46,082 nucleotides of DNA, from positions 1 through 46,082 of the forward strand of contig JBAYHW010000006.1 of the NCBI GenBank assembly GCA_041665925.1, given 5' to 3'. Below, piece by piece: positions 1 to 9,398 of the stretch. A program made the translations under genes and the position numbers. A model generated the notes under the pieces. The model made no database searches. It worked only from the letters and a program-made list of their open reading frames with translations, and was not told the origin of the DNA. Source of the stretch: Minisyncoccota bacterium (GTDB taxonomy: Bacteria; Patescibacteriota; Minisyncoccia; Phycocordibacterales; UBA9973). Position 1 is the first letter of the stretch; every line of letters begins with the position of its first letter.

Positions 1-276
1 TTCTTCTACGGGGAAATATCCAGCGTGAGCCATCGTCGCATAAAGAACTGGACAAATATGCCCATTTGAGAGCACTACACGGTCTCTGTCTTCTAAATTT
101 GGATTTTTGGGATCATGTTTTAAAATATGAAAATAAAAAAGGGTAAAAATGTCGGCCATACCGAGTGGGCCTGCCGTGTGCCCACTTTTGGCCTCTACCA
201 ACATCTCAATAATAGACATACGAATGTCATTCGCCTTTTTAGCAAGCTCTGTAATTTTTTCTTCAGGTAAAAACAT
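1..276 (-). CDS. tkt: Transketolase N-terminal (TPP-binding) subunit, partial; runs off the left edge
   Basis: Not in the ORF track. Manual translation from ATG at 276: MFLPEEKITELAKKANDIRMSIIEMLVEAKSGHTAGPLGMADIF...DRDRVVLSNGHICPVLYA, with transketolase SGH and DR-x-VLS-x-GH motifs; follows rpe by 2 nt. Confidence 0.92.
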   Translation of the reverse strand, partial: MFLPEEKITELAKKANDIRMSIIEMLVEAKSGHTAGPLGMADIFTLFYFHILKHDPKNPNLEDRDRVVLSNGHICPVLYATMAHAGYFPVEE

Positions 277-278
277 AT

Positions 279-977
279 TTACAAGTTTCTAAACCTTTCT
301 ACAAACCCTATTTTATCATAAGAATTGAAAAGAACCGAACCAGTAACTAATTTTGTTGCTCCTGCTTCCACCAAAAGTGGTGCCGTTTGCTCAGTAATAC
401 CTATATCCACTTCAATTGGTAAATCAGAATATTTTTCTCTTATCGATTCTACAACCCCATAAGTTTTTTCATCTAAAGAAATCCCACTAACCCCTATTTT
501 GTCGTTCCCCATACACTGCACAAAGTCAACAAAAGGGACTAAAGGGTAAATATTGTCTAAGGGTGTGCTTGGTTTAAATGCAATACCAAATTCAATGTTA
601 TCTCTAATGTATAAATCTATCCCTTCTAAGAAATTACGGAAGTCTTCTAAATTTGGCATCGCTTCTAAGTGAAAAATCATCCTTTTAGCCCCAAGCTTCA
701 TGTAGATATCGAAGTTCTCTACGGCATCAGCCACCATCAGATCAAGCTCAAAATCAAACTCTTCCCAAAACGGCACTCCTTGTTCTTCATTCATTATCTT
801 CTGAAAATCATAATCGTCAAAACCACCAGACGTAAACGGCCAAGTCTGACTCGGCACATAAACACCATCACATAAATCAATCTGTATCGTTGAAACGACT
901 CCACGCAAGGAAGCAATTTTATTTTTTAATTCCTCGTATGTCCTAAATGGCAACACTGATGCAATTATTTCTGTCAT
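279..977 (-). CDS. rpe: Ribulose-phosphate 3-epimerase family protein
   Basis: IQIDLCDG, ELDLMV, IFHLE, IEVDIGI and LVTGS motifs; in a cluster with rpiB and tkt. Confidence 0.85.
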   Translation of the reverse strand: MTEIIASVLPFRTYEELKNKIASLRGVVSTIQIDLCDGVYVPSQTWPFTSGGFDDYDFQKIMNEEQGVPFWEEFDFELDLMVADAVENFDIYMKLGAKRMIFHLEAMPNLEDFRNFLEGIDLYIRDNIEFGIAFKPSTPLDNIYPLVPFVDFVQCMGNDKIGVSGISLDEKTYGVVESIREKYSDLPIEVDIGITEQTAPLLVEAGATKLVTGSVLFNSYDKIGFVERFRNL

Positions 978-981
978 ATAT

Positions 982-1782
982 TTATTCTAAACCTAATTTT
1001 TCTTTTTGTTTTTTTACCTCTTCTATAAGAATATCGTGAAAAATTCCATTTGAAGCTATAAAGGATCCTTCGTCTGCCAATTTCCATTCATTGCCGTCAA
1101 TCCCAGTCACAATCCCGCCCGCCTCGGTGACTAGTAATATTCCAGAAGCTGCATCATATGTCTTGAATCCCATTTTGATGTCCGCCTCAGTACTACCTCG
1201 TGCGATATGCGCCAAGTCTAGTGCTGTACAGCCAAAATCTCTCACTGAAGCAACCACGTTTTCAGGTAAGTAATGTAATAAATTTCTTCGTAAGACTTGT
1301 GAAGAATTTCGGCCTACTGCAACAGTAACAATACATTTATCTCTATTCGCTTTTGATACGTGAATTTTTTTATCGTTTAAATACGCTCCCTTCCCTTTTT
1401 CTGCATAAAAAAGAGAACGTGTCACCGGATTATAAACTACCCCTACAAGTATGTCATCACCCTGTAATAGTGCTATCGAAACAGCAAAAAATGGAATTTT
1501 GTGTGCAAAATTCCTACTACCATCTACGGGATCTACATACCAAGTATAAAGACTTGTACCTTTTATGGCGTCTGTCTCTTCACCAACGATAGAATGATCG
1601 GGAAAATTTTCAGAAATTATTTTTTTAATAACCTCTTCAGATTCTGTATCTGCTAGAGTAACCATACTCTTGTCCTCTTTCACACCTCTTTCAATTTCTG
1701 TCTCTTGGTGTTTCTCTAGAATTTTCCCCGCTTCTAATGCTGCTTTTATGGCTACTTCTAATTCTGGTGATTTATTTTCCAT
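982..1782 (-). CDS. Inositol monophosphatase / FBPase-IMPase family phosphatase
   Basis: GEE, DPVDGSRNF and YDAASG metal-binding motifs; start moved to MENKS at 1782 to avoid overlapping rpiB. Confidence 0.88.
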   Translation of the reverse strand: MENKSPELEVAIKAALEAGKILEKHQETEIERGVKEDKSMVTLADTESEEVIKKIISENFPDHSIVGEETDAIKGTSLYTWYVDPVDGSRNFAHKIPFFAVSIALLQGDDILVGVVYNPVTRSLFYAEKGKGAYLNDKKIHVSKANRDKCIVTVAVGRNSSQVLRRNLLHYLPENVVASVRDFGCTALDLAHIARGSTEADIKMGFKTYDAASGILLVTEAGGIVTGIDGNEWKLADEGSFIASNGIFHDILIEEVKKQKEKLGLE

Positions 1783-1786
1783 AAAA

Positions 1787-2278
1787 TTATCCGAGCTTTT
1801 GTACCCTTCTAATGTGTCGTTCTTCACCTGTAAACGGGGTTTTAATGAAAAGCTCAATAGCAAACTTTATCTGATCTACTGAAAGAAACCTCGCGCTGAC
1901 AGATATAATGTTGGCATTGTTGTGAACCCGAGCCAATTTTATCATTTCATACGGGTCGCTACTTTTCTCTCCCTTAATGTCTATCGCTGTCTGCGGTAAA
2001 GCTTCAGAATAAAAAACCATAGCTCGCGCCCCTGGCACACGATTTGCGCAGATAGCTTCTCCTGTACCCGTACCTCCTAAAATTACTCCAAAGCTTCCAG
2101 TATCTTTAACTACTGCTTCTGCAACTGGCCGTATAAAGTCTGGGTAATCGTCATCGGCATCATATACAAAAGGTCCCTTATCTTCAACCTCATACCCTAA
2201 ACCTAATTCTTCAAAGTATTTTTTTAACTCCTTCTTTAGCTCAAATCCAGCATGATCAGTGCCAATATAGATTTTCAT
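1787..2278 (-). CDS. rpiB: Ribose-5-phosphate isomerase B (RpiB/LacA/LacB family)
   Basis: IGTDHAGFELK, DDYPDF, HNNANI, F-x-GEERHIRRV motifs. Confidence 0.92.
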   Translation of the reverse strand: MKIYIGTDHAGFELKKELKKYFEELGLGYEVEDKGPFVYDADDDYPDFIRPVAEAVVKDTGSFGVILGGTGTGEAICANRVPGARAMVFYSEALPQTAIDIKGEKSSDPYEMIKLARVHNNANIISVSARFLSVDQIKFAIELFIKTPFTGEERHIRRVQKLG

Positions 2279-2292
2279 ATACGCTCATTCTA

Positions 2293-2949
2293 TCACTTAT
2301 TCACTTGCCTGTGCAATTCTGAAAATAAAGCCACGGTTCTAGCAAAATCTTTCTCAGTAACTATAAAAATAAACTCAGTCGGGGTAGAAATAAGCTCTTC
2401 GATATTGATACGAGCGCGAGCTGTCACTGAAAGTAGGGAGAAAAAAATATTCGGCATACCGAAAACTTCTTCCCCATACGAAACTCCCACCGCCGCAAAA
2501 TTATTATTCACTATTTTGGGTTTAGCTTTAAAATGCTTCAAAATCTTTTTCTCTAAGCTGGTCGAGCAGAAAATGTCTATTTCTTTTGTCCCTGCAGTGA
2601 CCGTAAAAAAATCTTCTTGGGAAACAGAGATTTTTTGCTGCAAAACCTCGAGCTCTTTCAAAACTTTATTATCTCGTTCAAAAGCTATTTCAGATATCGG
2701 GAGCTTAGTGGAAATATTGGTAATCGGCACATCCACAATGAGCGGTTTAACTTTTTTAATTTCTTTCCGAATTCGCGAGAGAGATACTACCAAGCTTGTA
2801 ATCGTCACGCTTTTTTTAGTAAGTTCTTCAACTTTTGGTTTTATGCGATGCGCATAGCTACTCATATTCATATAGCCGTTAGACAAAGCAAAATACGCCT
2901 CTAGTTCTTTCATCACAATATCTCGCACAATTGGTTGTATTTTGATCAT
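2293..2949 (-). CDS. ACT-domain protein with a putative N-terminal DNA-binding region
   Basis: C-terminal GNIFFSLL-like/INIEELISTPTEFIFIV segment resembles aspartokinase-type ACT repeats; helical N-terminus (VVSLSRIRKE). Confidence 0.55.
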   Translation of the reverse strand: MIKIQPIVRDIVMKELEAYFALSNGYMNMSSYAHRIKPKVEELTKKSVTITSLVVSLSRIRKEIKKVKPLIVDVPITNISTKLPISEIAFERDNKVLKELEVLQQKISVSQEDFFTVTAGTKEIDIFCSTSLEKKILKHFKAKPKIVNNNFAAVGVSYGEEVFGMPNIFFSLLSVTARARINIEELISTPTEFIFIVTEKDFARTVALFSELHRQVNK

Positions 2950-3019
2950 ATTTTGATATTCTAACAGATTTTACAAAAAGTCTCAAATATAAGATGAATA
3001 TTAAAAAACTTAATGTTTA

Positions 3020-3040
3020 CAATGATAGTTTATATCATTG
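3020..3040. promoter_or_regulatory. Inverted repeat, candidate operator between the divergent ACT gene and cysteine synthase
   Basis: CAATGATA-gttta-TATCATTG, a perfect 8-bp inverted repeat ending 5 nt before the ATG at 3046. Confidence 0.4.
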
Positions 3041-3045
3041 AGTAA

Positions 3046-3960
3046 ATGAGGAAATCAACCCAAAATTTATTAGATGCTATAGGCAACACACCTTTAATAA
3101 GAGTCTCGTTCAAAACTAAGGGGGAAATTTTTGCAAAATTGGAATATTTAAACCCCGGAGGTAGCATCAAGGATCGTTCTGCTCTTTTTATAATTGAGGA
3201 AGCTGAACAAAAAGGTTGGTTGAAAAAGGGCGGTACAATCATTGAGTCTTCATCGGGCAACCAGGGAGTTGCCTGCGCAATGATAGGCGCACTCAAAGGT
3301 TACAAAGTCATTATTACTGCTTCTCCTGCAATGAGCGAGGAAAAAGTAAAAACAATAATGGCTTACGGAGCAAAGGTCATACACTGTCCTGCTGTGCCAA
3401 TCCACGATCCAAAAAGTCGGCATAGTGTGGCTGTGGCACTAACTAAGAAAATAAAAAATTCTTTTATGCCGAACCAATATTTTAATCTTTCTAACCCTAA
3501 GGCTCATTATTCCACTTTAGGTCCCGAAATTTGGAGACAAACACAAGGTAAAATTACGCATTATTTCGGAGCAGCGGGTACTGGAGGAACTATCAGTGGC
3601 GTTGGAAAATTTTTAAAAGAAAAAAATACAAATATTAAAATTATGGCTGTTGATGTCGATACATCTTTCCACTCCACGGACGGCAATCCAAAACCCTACA
3701 GAATGGAAGGCATCGGCGTTGATTTTGATACTCCCTGCTTAGATGAATCCGTAATCGATGAATTTTTCAAGGTCTCTGATAAAGATGGTTTAGGAATGCT
3801 ACCTAAAATGGCTTCAGAGTACGGGTTACTGGTTGGCACAGGAAGCGGCGCGGTATCTTTTGCTGTGCAAAAATATTTAAAAAACCTCAAAAAGACTGAC
3901 GTCGTGGTTATGCTCTTCGGCGACTCTGGCCGCGCTTATTTATCTAAGAATTATTATTAA
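3046..3960 (+). CDS. cysK: PLP-dependent cysteine synthase / cystathionine beta-synthase family protein
   Basis: IGNTPL, KLEYLNPGGSIKDR (PLP lysine), SSGNQG, GTGGTISG, EGIG, DSGRAYLSK. Confidence 0.85.
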   Translation: MRKSTQNLLDAIGNTPLIRVSFKTKGEIFAKLEYLNPGGSIKDRSALFIIEEAEQKGWLKKGGTIIESSSGNQGVACAMIGALKGYKVIITASPAMSEEKVKTIMAYGAKVIHCPAVPIHDPKSRHSVAVALTKKIKNSFMPNQYFNLSNPKAHYSTLGPEIWRQTQGKITHYFGAAGTGGTISGVGKFLKEKNTNIKIMAVDVDTSFHSTDGNPKPYRMEGIGVDFDTPCLDESVIDEFFKVSDKDGLGMLPKMASEYGLLVGTGSGAVSFAVQKYLKNLKKTDVVVMLFGDSGRAYLSKNYY

Positions 3961-4002
3961 TAACTATTAACGTTAATTTTCTAGCTAATTTTTCCAAATT
4001 CC

Positions 4003-4036
4003 TTAGTATACGATATATGATAGGTTAATGAAACGA
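4003..4036. repeat. Degenerate copy of a 34-bp palindromic repeat, downstream of the TrpR-like gene
   Basis: TTAGTATACGATATATGATAGGTTAATGAAACGA, 28/34 identical to 4480-4513. Confidence 0.8.
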
Positions 4037-4051
4037 GTTATCAAAATAGGT

Positions 4052-4456
4052 TTAGTTTTTTTCGTATAAGAACTTCCACCTTCCTCTCCCAGCGCGAGGA
4101 GGCAAACCAGCTCTAAGAATTTTTTCTAAGATTCCCCAAAGGTCCGATTTTTCTTGTCTTATGGCTCGAAGAATAGCGGAGTATTTGCCTATGTCATATT
4201 TTAGCGACATTCTGAATATAGTGCTGTAACTCATGCCTAAAGATTCGGCTATGTATGAAACTGGAACTTCCTGAGACAATAGGTAAATAACAGCAAACCG
4301 TTTCGCTAACATAACCTTTTCGGTCTTAGTTAAGATGTCACCCAAAAATAGACCGGCTTTAGACCTCCGTGCCGACTTTTCAAATGCTTGCCCAAATTCT
4401 TTATAAAGTTTGTTGAGAATTTCCTGCTTTAATTTTTTAGAAGACACATGCGGCAT
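4052..4456 (-). CDS. TrpR/YerC/YecD-like helix-turn-helix protein
   Basis: LTKTEKVMLAKRFAVIYLL...SYIAESLGMSYSTIFR matches the TrpR-like T-x-x-E...R pattern plus HTH. Confidence 0.75.
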   Translation of the reverse strand: MPHVSSKKLKQEILNKLYKEFGQAFEKSARRSKAGLFLGDILTKTEKVMLAKRFAVIYLLSQEVPVSYIAESLGMSYSTIFRMSLKYDIGKYSAILRAIRQEKSDLWGILEKILRAGLPPRAGRGRWKFLYEKN

Positions 4457-4479
4457 AAGAATGCAAATTGTTTATTTTG

Positions 4480-4513
4480 TTAGTATATCATATATGATAT
4501 ACTAAGGAAACGA
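4480..4513. repeat. 34-bp repeat containing a perfect 26-bp palindrome, upstream of the TrpR-like gene
   Basis: TTAGTATATCATA|TATGATATACTAA (4480-4505) followed by GGAAACGA. Confidence 0.85.
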
Positions 4514-4532
4514 TTTCATTTAGATGCAAGTA

Positions 4533-5063
4533 TTACAATGTTGAACAGTAAGATTGTAGCCCGTTCATAACAATTCCGTTTGTCTGTACTTCGTAAGTTT
4601 TTTCTCCAAATGTAGCAGGAACTGCGCACGTATGAGACATAGACCCATCCCATCTCGGATCTTCAATCTCGGTTCCATATTGGAAATTACACTTTCCATT
4701 TGTAATTCCCGTAAAAATAAAAACTGTGCTACCAAATCCAAAGTAAACGGTTTCACGTCCGGCCTTACAGGTGGAAAAATCGATCTTAATTTGAGTTGTC
4801 ATGCCAGAATCAGGAATGCTAGTCAATGTCGATTTATTTGTTTGAGTAGTCTGCTCAATAGGTGAAGTATCGGGGTTGTTTGAATTTTGTACTTTTGGTT
4901 CTGAACTATTAGAAATATCTACTTGTCGAGTTATGTTATTATCTGTTGTAATTGGATTTTCCACATTTGTTGTCTTATAAACATACACGCCATAACCAGC
5001 CATCGCTATAATTACTATTATCAGTAAAATTGGAACAATAAACCCTTTTTGTAATTTTTTCAT
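4533..5063 (-). CDS. Membrane-anchored surface protein with a pilin-like N-terminus and Cys-containing C-terminal domain
   Basis: MKKLQKGF followed by a hydrophobic helix (class III signal-like, no Glu5), a Thr/Asn/Ser linker and four Cys. Confidence 0.6.
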   Translation of the reverse strand: MKKLQKGFIVPILLIIVIIAMAGYGVYVYKTTNVENPITTDNNITRQVDISNSSEPKVQNSNNPDTSPIEQTTQTNKSTLTSIPDSGMTTQIKIDFSTCKAGRETVYFGFGSTVFIFTGITNGKCNFQYGTEIEDPRWDGSMSHTCAVPATFGEKTYEVQTNGIVMNGLQSYCSTL

Positions 5064-5072
5064 ATTTTTTAA

Positions 5073-6095
5073 TTATTTTATAGTCTCCCCTGTTTTGATG
5101 ACGTGGTCAATGAGAGTGTAGGTATACCCCATTTCGTTGTCATACCAACCCATAACTTTTACTAGATTTCCTCCGACAACGCGAGTCATTGCAAGATCGG
5201 CAATCGAACCATAGTGACTTCCAAGAATATCACTTGAGACGAGTGGCTCTTCGGTCACCGCAAATAGTTTACTCCAATGTGCGTCCCCAGCAGCTTTTTT
5301 AAGAATAGAATTTACCTCCTCAACAGTAGTATCTCGCTTAGCAATAAAAGTAATATCCACAATAGATCCTGCCGGCACTGGCACTCGAACAGATATTCCA
5401 TCGAAGAGCCCTTTGAGTTCTGGGAAGGCTTTCGTCACAGCTATAGCTGCACCAGTAGAGCTAGGCACGATGTTCTGTGCTGCTGCTCTGCCTTCTCGCA
5501 TATCTTTTTTACTTGTACCATCTATCAACGCTTGTGAAGCAGTGTATCCGTGTACAGTATTTAAAACTGCTTTTTCTATACCAATGGCTTCATGTAAAAT
5601 CGCAATGAGCGGTGAAGCCGCATTCGTTGTGCAAGATGCATTTGAAGTAATGTCGCAGGTACCAAACTTATCTTCATTGACTCCGAGCAAAATTGTCTCC
5701 CCCGGCACTGTGCCGTCTCCTTTTGAAGGAGCAGAAATTACAACTTTTTTTGCCCCAGCATCAAGATGCACTTTTGACTTTTCAAAACTTGTGAAAAGTC
5801 CGGTGGATTCTACCACCACGTCAATTTCTAAATCTTTCCAAGGCAATAAACTCGGATCCTTTTGCGCTAAAACTTTTACTTTTTTACCATCAATAACCAG
5901 ACTGTCGCCATCAATTTGAATATCGTGTTCCCATTTTTTGTAAACAGTATCGTACTTAAGAAGATAAGCCATATTGGCAATAACGCCTAAGTCATTGACA
6001 GCTACTACCTCTATTTCAGGCCTTTCCCAGGCAACTTTGAGGAATGCCCTGCCAATTCTGCCGAAACCATTAATGCCCACTTTGATTTTTTTCAT
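5073..6095 (-). CDS. gap: Glyceraldehyde-3-phosphate dehydrogenase, type I
   Basis: GINGFGRIGR, SNASCTTN, WYDNE; second ATG (6095) chosen because it lies 6 nt after TGG-TACAAT. Confidence 0.97.
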   Translation of the reverse strand: MKKIKVGINGFGRIGRAFLKVAWERPEIEVVAVNDLGVIANMAYLLKYDTVYKKWEHDIQIDGDSLVIDGKKVKVLAQKDPSLLPWKDLEIDVVVESTGLFTSFEKSKVHLDAGAKKVVISAPSKGDGTVPGETILLGVNEDKFGTCDITSNASCTTNAASPLIAILHEAIGIEKAVLNTVHGYTASQALIDGTSKKDMREGRAAAQNIVPSSTGAAIAVTKAFPELKGLFDGISVRVPVPAGSIVDITFIAKRDTTVEEVNSILKKAAGDAHWSKLFAVTEEPLVSSDILGSHYGSIADLAMTRVVGGNLVKVMGWYDNEMGYTYTLIDHVIKTGETIK

Positions 6096-6156
6096 GCCCA
6101 TATTGTACCAAAAAGAAGTTAAAACAACAAAATTAAAATGTGCTATTATAGGGAAA

Positions 6157-9100
6157 ATGCCTGAAGAAAAAGAACAATTTATCCATCTCCATACCCATTC
6201 GCACTATTCTCTCTTAGATGGGCTTTCTAAGCTTGAAGATTTAGTAGATTTAGCTAAAAAATTCAAAATGTCAGCTTTGGCCATCACTGACCACGGCAAT
6301 ATGTATGGAGCTATTGAATTTTATAAATTGGCAAAGGAGGCCGGGATTAAACCCATACTTGGGGTGGAGGCATATATCGCCAACCGCAGTAGACTAGACA
6401 AAGATCCAGGAATAGATAATAAAAGATTTCATCTTACCTTGTTGGCGAAAAATCTTCAGGGTTATAAAAATTTAATGAAGCTGGTGACTCTTTCTCACAT
6501 AGAGGGATTTTATTATAAACCACGAATGGATAAAGAGATCTTGAGACAATATTCAGAAGGTATCATTGCTCTATCGGGGTGCCTAGGTGGAGAACTTTCT
6601 CGTGCACTTGCAAACAAAGATGAAGAAAAGGGAGAATTAATAATAAGAGAGCATCAGGAAATTTTCGGTAATGAAAATTATTTTCTAGAAATACAGCACC
6701 ACACAGATGTACCAGATGACGAAGAAGTAAGAAATAGAATAATAAAATTGAGTAAAAAATTAAATGCTCCGCTGGTTGCAACTATTGATTCTCACTACCC
6801 CCTGAGTGGAGACAATAAGGCGCATGAAACCCTGCTCGCTATCCAAACGAATTCTGACATAAAAGACGACAATAAATTCTCTTTCGGAGATAGTGATTAT
6901 TCGTTTATAAGTACAGAAAAAGCCTTAGAAATATTTAAGGACACGCCCGAGGCTGTAGCGAACACGGTAAAAATTGCCGATATGTGCAACACCGAACTTG
7001 AGTTAGGGCGCTGGGTTTTCCCTGATTTTAAGGTGGAAGATGTGAAAACATATAATGAAAAACTCCGTGAGCTTACTTTCGAAGGAATAAAAAGACTCAA
7101 TATAAAAGAGACACCAGAAGTAATTGAGCGAATAGAATATGAGCTCAAGATTATTGTTGACAAAGGTTATTCGCCATATTTCTTGGTGGTTGGTGACCTT
7201 TTAGATTATGCCAAGAAAAACAGCATCCTAACGGCCATCCGCGGTTCAGTCGCTGGCTCTATGGTTACATACCTTCTAGGTATTACAAATATCAACCCGA
7301 TAGAATATAAAATTCCTTTCGAAAGATTCTTAAATCCATTTCGACCATCTGCTCCCGATATAGACATGGACTTCGCCGATAATCGCCGAGACGAAATGAT
7401 AGAATATGTAAAAAGTAAATATGGTAAAGATAAAGTTGCTCAAATAGGAACCTTCGGAACGATGATGGCCCGTGGAGCAGTACGAGATGTAGCACGAGCA
7501 CTAGCCTATCCGTACACAATAGGAGATAGAATTTCTAAAATGATTCCTATGGGTTCTCAGGGCATGCCCATGACCATAGAGCACGCGATGGAAATAGTCC
7601 CTGAATTAACTGATGCATATAACAAGGAAAAAGACACCAAGGAAATAATTGACCTCGCCAAAAAGCTTGAAGGCTGTGTCAGACACATTTCTGTGCACGC
7701 AGCTGGAGTCGTCATCGCACCCAAGCCACTTTCAGAATACACCCCGATACAATTCGACCCGAAGGGTGGCAAAATTATTACTCAATACGATATGTACAGT
7801 ATTGAAGAAGCTGGACTTTTAAAATTTGATTTCCTGGGAATTAGAAACTTAGCAATCCTAGCCGATGCCATAAGTTTGGTTAAAAAATTCTATAACATTG
7901 ATATTAATATAGAAAATATTCCTCTCGATGATAAGAAGACCTTCGTGATGTTAGCTAATGGACAGACGGAAGGACTCTTCCAACTTAATGGATCTGGAAT
8001 GACTAGATACCTAAAAGAGTTAAAACCAACATCAATTCACGACATCAATGCCATGGTTGCCCTGTATCGCCCGGGCCCCATGGAATCCATTCCCGAATAT
8101 ATTAAACGCAAACATAATCCAAGACTCGTAAAATACTTAGACCCAAGAATGAAGAAATTTTTAGGCGAATCTTACGGGCTCATAGTTTATCAAGACGATT
8201 TACTCCTTTCAGCTATTGAACTCGCTGGTTATAACTGGGAAGAAGCCGACAAATTTCGAAAAGCCGTCGGTAAAAAAATTCCGAAAGAAATGGCCGCCCA
8301 AAGAGAAAAGTTTACTAAGGGAATCATTACCAATGGACAGACGCCAGAGTTTGCAGAAAAACTTTGGAAACTTTTTGAACCATTCCAAGCATATGGATTC
8401 GGAAAGGCGCACGCCGCCTCATACGGTAAAGTCGCTTATCAAACTGCCTATATGAAGGCGAACTATCCTGTGGAATACATGGCAGCCATCCTGACAGCGG
8501 AGTCCGGCGATGTGGAAAAAATCGCTGAAATTATAGAGGAATGTAAACATATGAAAATACCGGTGATGCCTCCGCATATAAATGAAAGTTATGGCGGATT
8601 TACTTGCCTCCCAGAAGAAAAAGATACAGTTATAACCGAAGAAAATAAAAGTAAAAAAATAAGGTTCGGTTTATATACGATAAAAAATTTAGGCACAGAT
8701 ATATCTGATACTATCATTTCAGAGAGAAAATTAAATGGGAAGTTTAAATCGATTACAGACTTTTTAGACCGCATCAAACACAAAAATTTAAATAAGAAAT
8801 CCATGGAAGCATTGATAAAGTCAGGATGCATGGATGACTGGGTAGACCGCGGTATTCTACTTGCCAATCTCGAAGCTATGCTGGAATACAATCACGAAGG
8901 TTCTAAGCAAAACGAAAATCAAACTTCTCTTTTCGGCGGAATAACTTCAGTAAAAGTTCCTGAATTTAAAATGCAGGAGGCCAAGGAAGCAACTCAAGCA
9001 GAAAAACTACTTTGGGAAAAAGAACTACTGGGACTCTATATTTCTGGACATCCCCTTGACCGTCTGCGTGATAAATTAGAAAAACGTACCATGAATATCA

Positions 9101-9372
9101 AAAGGGTAAAAGAAGAAATGGGTAACGGCATGCAAGTCACCGTAGCTGGAATCATTGAAACATCAAGACAAGTTGTAACGAAAAATAATGAACGCATGGC
9201 TTTCTTAAAAATTTCAGATCTGACGGATGCCATTGAAGCCGTCGCCTTCCCTTCCATATTTAAAGAATCTATTGATATCCTGGTCCCTGAAAAATGCATT
9301 GCCTTCTCGGGCAAAGTCTCAAACAGAAACGGCGAAAAAAGCATCATTATTGAAGCAGTAAAGGAGATTTAA
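6157..9372 (+). CDS. dnaE: DNA polymerase III alpha subunit
   Basis: PHP domain HLHTHSHYSLLDG, RGS, PDIDMDF, KFDFLG, C-terminal OB fold; true start MPEEK at 6157 (the upstream ORF extension overlaps gap). Confidence 0.97.
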   Translation: MPEEKEQFIHLHTHSHYSLLDGLSKLEDLVDLAKKFKMSALAITDHGNMYGAIEFYKLAKEAGIKPILGVEAYIANRSRLDKDPGIDNKRFHLTLLAKNLQGYKNLMKLVTLSHIEGFYYKPRMDKEILRQYSEGIIALSGCLGGELSRALANKDEEKGELIIREHQEIFGNENYFLEIQHHTDVPDDEEVRNRIIKLSKKLNAPLVATIDSHYPLSGDNKAHETLLAIQTNSDIKDDNKFSFGDSDYSFISTEKALEIFKDTPEAVANTVKIADMCNTELELGRWVFPDFKVEDVKTYNEKLRELTFEGIKRLNIKETPEVIERIEYELKIIVDKGYSPYFLVVGDLLDYAKKNSILTAIRGSVAGSMVTYLLGITNINPIEYKIPFERFLNPFRPSAPDIDMDFADNRRDEMIEYVKSKYGKDKVAQIGTFGTMMARGAVRDVARALAYPYTIGDRISKMIPMGSQGMPMTIEHAMEIVPELTDAYNKEKDTKEIIDLAKKLEGCVRHISVHAAGVVIAPKPLSEYTPIQFDPKGGKIITQYDMYSIEEAGLLKFDFLGIRNLAILADAISLVKKFYNIDINIENIPLDDKKTFVMLANGQTEGLFQLNGSGMTRYLKELKPTSIHDINAMVALYRPGPMESIPEYIKRKHNPRLVKYLDPRMKKFLGESYGLIVYQDDLLLSAIELAGYNWEEADKFRKAVGKKIPKEMAAQREKFTKGIITNGQTPEFAEKLWKLFEPFQAYGFGKAHAASYGKVAYQTAYMKANYPVEYMAAILTAESGDVEKIAEIIEECKHMKIPVMPPHINESYGGFTCLPEEKDTVITEENKSKKIRFGLYTIKNLGTDISDTIISERKLNGKFKSITDFLDRIKHKNLNKKSMEALIKSGCMDDWVDRGILLANLEAMLEYNHEGSKQNENQTSLFGGITSVKVPEFKMQEAKEATQAEKLLWEKELLGLYISGHPLDRLRDKLEKRTMNIKRVKEEMGNGMQVTVAGIIETSRQVVTKNNERMAFLKISDLTDAIEAVAFPSIFKESIDILVPEKCIAFSGKVSNRNGEKSIIIEAVKEI

Positions 9373-9398
9373 TTATAAATTTGTTATAATATAATTAT

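Noticed and set aside
2252-2857. 201-aa plus-strand ORF, and similar shadow ORFs (5413-5919, 29676-30080, 31835-32209, 34069-34446, 35010-35405 and others)
   Set aside because: They lie antisense to, or out of frame within, better-supported genes and show no motifs.
5974-6156. N-terminal extension of DnaE in the ORF track
   Set aside because: It overlaps gap on the other strand; the PHP domain and a -10 box support the start at 6157. Extensions on the IMPase, Cys-rich, 31023, Xis, integrase, thioredoxin, DoxX-like and cls ORFs were trimmed for similar reasons.
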